64,000 nt of DNA from an uncultured cyanobacterium (GTDB taxonomy: Bacteria > Cyanobacteriota > Cyanobacteriia > Phormidesmidales > Phormidesmidaceae): positions 1,440,001 through 1,504,000 of the forward strand of contig CAWBZI010000001.1 in assembly GCA_963793265.1 (NCBI GenBank). Direction: 5' to 3'. Below, in pieces: positions 60,781 through 64,000 of this stretch. The notes beneath the pieces were generated by a model. That model searched no databases. It saw only the letters and a program-made list of their open reading frames with translations, and was not told where the DNA came from. Made by a program: the position numbers and the translations under genes. Positions within the stretch are counted from its first letter, which is position 1. Every line of letters starts with the position of its first letter.

Positions 60781-62076
60781 TTAAAGATCGACTCGAAGCC
60801 TGACTGAATCGCCATGTGAGGGCAGCCCTTCGGCTCGGGTGAGCACGTCAATGTCTTCGGCAATGTCTTTTAAGGCCGCCTGGGTGTATTGCACCAGGCT
60901 GGTGTGCTTCATAAAGGTTTCAGTGCTAAGCGGTGAGGCATAGCGGGCCGCGCCTGATGTCGGCAGCGTGTGGTTAGGCCCAGCGATATAGTCGCCTACG
61001 GCTTCGGGCGTGTCGTGACCTAAGAATATAGCTCCGGCCTGATGGATGCTCGGTAGCAAGTCCCAAGGGTCTTCAACTTCTAGCTCCAAGTGCTCGGGGG
61101 CAAAGCGGTCGGAGAGTTCGGCGGCAGTTTCTAGCGTGTCGGTGACGACGATTAGGCCGTAGTTAGCGATCGCCTTCTCAGTAAGCGTCTGTCTAGGGTG
61201 GTGCTCTAGCTGGCGTGAAACCTCAGCCGAAACCGCTGCAGCAATGCTTTGTTCAGTTGTAATTAAGATGGCCGCAGCGAGCGGGTCGTGTTCGGCTTGT
61301 GCAAGCAAATCGGCGGCGACGTGCACAGGGTTCGCGCTGTAGTCGGCAATAATCAAAACCTCTGACGGGCCTGCGAGTGAGTCGATACCGACAGTGCCGT
61401 AGACCTGTTTTTTGGCGAGGGTAACGTATATATTGCCAGGGCCAGTGATCACATCTACATTTGGAATGGTGGCGGTGCCGTAGGCTAAAGCTGCGATCGC
61501 CTGCGCTCCCCCTACCTGATAAATCTCTTCAATCCCCGCCTCTTGGGCAGCGACTAATACGGCTGGACTGATATTTCCATTTGCACTAATAGGCGTGACC
61601 ATCACAACTCTAGGGACGCCTGCCACCCGCGCTGGAATAGCATTCATCATCACGGTGCTGGGGTAGCTGGCCCGACCGCCAGGGACGTAGATGCCTGCTT
61701 TATCGACGGGACTGTAGCGCTTGCCTAATACGACACCGTTTTCTTCAAAGGTGACCCAGCTTTTAGGAAGTCGCTGCTGGTGAAATTTTTCAATATTTTT
61801 GCAGGCTTTTTGAATCGCCTTCAGCAGCCCTTTAGAAATTTGCTGATAGGCCGCATCTAGCTGAGCGCCATCTACTTTAAGCGTGGCGGCGGTGAGGATT
61901 TGCCGGTCAAACTTTTCGGTGTAGTGAATTAAAGCGTCGTCGCCCTTTAGTCGCACCGCGTCGATAATTTCGCGAACGGTGGCTTCTTGGTCGGTAACCT
62001 GTGCGTTTTGGGTGCGATCGCAAATGCGCTGTAGCTCTGCTTTAGCATCACTGAGCTGATGGATAATTCGCATCAT
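60781..62076 (-). CDS. hisD: Histidinol dehydrogenase
   Basis: YVPGGRASYPS, GPGNIYV, AGPSEV, QAEHD, APEHL, GPNHTLPT. Confidence 0.97.
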   Translation of the reverse strand: MMRIIHQLSDAKAELQRICDRTQNAQVTDQEATVREIIDAVRLKGDDALIHYTEKFDRQILTAATLKVDGAQLDAAYQQISKGLLKAIQKACKNIEKFHQQRLPKSWVTFEENGVVLGKRYSPVDKAGIYVPGGRASYPSTVMMNAIPARVAGVPRVVMVTPISANGNISPAVLVAAQEAGIEEIYQVGGAQAIAALAYGTATIPNVDVITGPGNIYVTLAKKQVYGTVGIDSLAGPSEVLIIADYSANPVHVAADLLAQAEHDPLAAAILITTEQSIAAAVSAEVSRQLEHHPRQTLTEKAIANYGLIVVTDTLETAAELSDRFAPEHLELEVEDPWDLLPSIHQAGAIFLGHDTPEAVGDYIAGPNHTLPTSGAARYASPLSTETFMKHTSLVQYTQAALKDIAEDIDVLTRAEGLPSHGDSVRLRVDL

Positions 62077-62272
62077 GAAGAGAAGGCGTATGCAATAATC
62101 ACCAGCTTAGCGTGGAATCTCAAAGCAGATCTGAAGCTTGTACGGATCTCAAATGTGCTTTTGCGCACGCGGCAACTGCCCAAAAAAGGATCTGGGCATG
62201 TCATATATGAATATTCGATGTTATGATGGCATATCCTAATAGCCTTCTCTCAAATATATCTACGGGCAAGTA

Positions 62273-62578
62273 ATGGCAAATACTAAATCTGCGCTTAAGC
62301 GTATCAAAGTTGCAGAGCGAAATCGTTTGCGCAATAAAGCATATAAGTCGGCGGTGAAGACATTCACAAAGCGCTATCACGAAGCGGTAGCCGCTCACGA
62401 AGCATCGCCTTCTGAAGAGAGCGAAAAGCTTGTGCAAGAAAGAATGTCTATGGCCTACAGCAAAATCGATAAGGCTGTAAAGCGCGGCGTGTTTCATCGC
62501 AACGCAGGCGCTAGACGCAAGTCTAATTTGGCTAAGGTGCTCAAAAACGACAGCGTTAACGACAGCGTGAGCGCATAG
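62273..62578 (+). CDS. rpsT: 30S ribosomal protein S20
   Basis: [10 protein letters not shown]...[20 protein letters not shown]. Confidence 0.97.
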   Translation: MANTKSALKRIKVAERNRLRNKAYKSAVKTFTKRYHEAVAAHEASPSEESEKLVQERMSMAYSKIDKAVKRGVFHRNAGARRKSNLAKVLKNDSVNDSVSA

Positions 62579-62622
62579 TTTTTTCGCGTAGTGCATCACG
62601 TCAGGCGACCTGTGAGATCTCT

Positions 62623-62654
62623 TTTAAGACCTTTTTAGTTTAAGACCTTTTTAG
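62623..62654. repeat. 16-bp exact tandem duplication
   Basis: TTTAAGACCTTTTTAG x2. Confidence 0.9.
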
Positions 62655-62664
62655 ATGGGGTTGA

Positions 62665-63462
62665 ATGCGCTTAGTCGATACACACGTCCATATCAATTTT
62701 GACTCGTTCGATGAGGATCGAGATGCGGTTGCAGCAGCTTGGAGACAGGCGGGTGTGGCTCATTTGGTGCACTCTTGTGTTGATCCTAGTGAGTTTGAGA
62801 AAATTCGGGCGATCGCCCAGCGCTATCCAGAAGTGTCTATGGCGGTCGGGCTGCATCCCCTAGACATGGACAAGTGGACGCCTGAAACGGCTGAGCAGAT
62901 TGCAACCCTTGCGGCCAGCGAGCCAAAGGTGGTTGCAATTGGTGAAATGGGTCTTGATTTTTTTAAGGCTGATGATAAAGCCGTTCAAAAGCAGGCTTTT
63001 TTGGCTCAGCTAGAGATTGCTCAGTCGCTGGACTTGCCGGTGATTATTCACTGCCGAGAAGCGGCGGCTGAGATGGCAGATTTGCTATCGGACTTTATTG
63101 CCCAGAAAGGCTCTGTCAAAGGTGTGATGCACTGTTGGACAGGGAGCCCAGAGGAGACTCAGCAGTTTTTGGATCTGGGATTTTTTGTGAGCTTTAGCGG
63201 GATCGTTACTTTTAAGAGTGCGACTCAGGTTAAGGCTTCAGCTCAGATGGTGCCAAGCGATCGCCTCCTCGTCGAAACGGACTGTCCTTTCCTTTCTCCC
63301 GTACCCAAGCGCAAAGAAAAACGCAATCAGCCTGCTTTTGTTAGGCATGTTGCTGAGCATGTTGCCGAGCTGAGAGGGATTTCCTTGGAAGTGCTTGCTC
63401 AACAAACTACACAGAACGCTCAACAGTTGTTCCACCTACCTGCTGAACTTCTATCGCCATAG
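62665..63462 (+). CDS. tatD: TatD family hydrolase
   Basis: DTHVH, GLHP, IGEMGLD, IIHCR, HCWTG, ETDCPFL. Confidence 0.95.
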   Translation: MRLVDTHVHINFDSFDEDRDAVAAAWRQAGVAHLVHSCVDPSEFEKIRAIAQRYPEVSMAVGLHPLDMDKWTPETAEQIATLAASEPKVVAIGEMGLDFFKADDKAVQKQAFLAQLEIAQSLDLPVIIHCREAAAEMADLLSDFIAQKGSVKGVMHCWTGSPEETQQFLDLGFFVSFSGIVTFKSATQVKASAQMVPSDRLLVETDCPFLSPVPKRKEKRNQPAFVRHVAEHVAELRGISLEVLAQQTTQNAQQLFHLPAELLSP

Positions 63463-64000
63463 CATCTTCTTAAGAAGAATTTAATAAGAGTAATTAGGCA
63501 GAAATTGAAGCGTGAAAACAGGGCGAAAGCTTTAAGCATCAGGCACTTTCAACAAGAAAGGTTGACATAAGCCAATAGCCATCTTGACAAGCTGATGTTT
63601 TTAAGCTTCCAAAATTAGCTTATGATGTATAAGCAAAAAATTATCCTTTTATACGCTCTGACTCGATCTTCAAATATGTCTTACTGCCACATGAAGCTTC
63701 TGTAACCTTTGCCTGCAAAGGGTCATCAGGACATTCAGCAGCTCCTAAGGCAACGCTTCAACAGCCATAACAGCCCCCGAAACACTTCTACCCAAGACCG
63801 AGTTAGTCCCTATATCCAGCTATTCATCTACTCCGCATACTTTTGAATTTTTCTGATTCTCCTACTCAAATACCAGTGAGTTTAGAATTCTTAACTAAAA
63901 AAAAGATACCGCGAGGAAAACTACCTCCTTAGTCGCTGCGTTGGGCGCTAGTCCTTACCTAAGGTGCTAGCCGCCCGCTTTTTGCCTCCCTTTCAATAGT

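Overview
64-kb chromosomal window from a ~50% GC cyanobacterium. Evidence: psbU, PSRP-3/ycf65, atpD-atpC, groES-groEL1 with CIRCE and K-box, FtsH2, and roughly 65-70 HIP1 GCGATCGC octamers by manual count. Most of it is core housekeeping synteny (polA, rnz, cobU, nadB, uppP, TolC, ddl, gltX, era, dapL, sbcC-like, hisD, rpsT, tatD). No rRNA, tRNA, CRISPR array, integrase or transposase could be supported. Accessory content includes four type II toxin-antitoxin pairs (one with a frameshifted toxin), a HEPN-like orphan, two PEP/PTPA-CTERM surface proteins, tandem Ser/Thr kinase-TPR receptors and a caspase-nSTAND protein. The best candidate for an undescribed system lies in the ddl-gltX interval: a tightly coupled three-gene operon encoding a TPR-CHAT (caspase-like) protease with an intact dyad, a two-domain protein with a flexible linker and C-terminal winged helix, and a multi-pass membrane protein, next to a BrnTA pair and a LOTUS-DUF3825 gene. 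A second notable signal is a strand asymmetry centred on HIP1 sites (G/T-rich 5' side, C/A-rich 3' side), independent of gene direction. Also found: a 54-aa membrane protein missing from the ORF track with a switch-like leader, two orphan-terminator sRNA candidates, and an in-frame TGA in the DUF3120 gene. Family calls come from motif recognition, not database searches.
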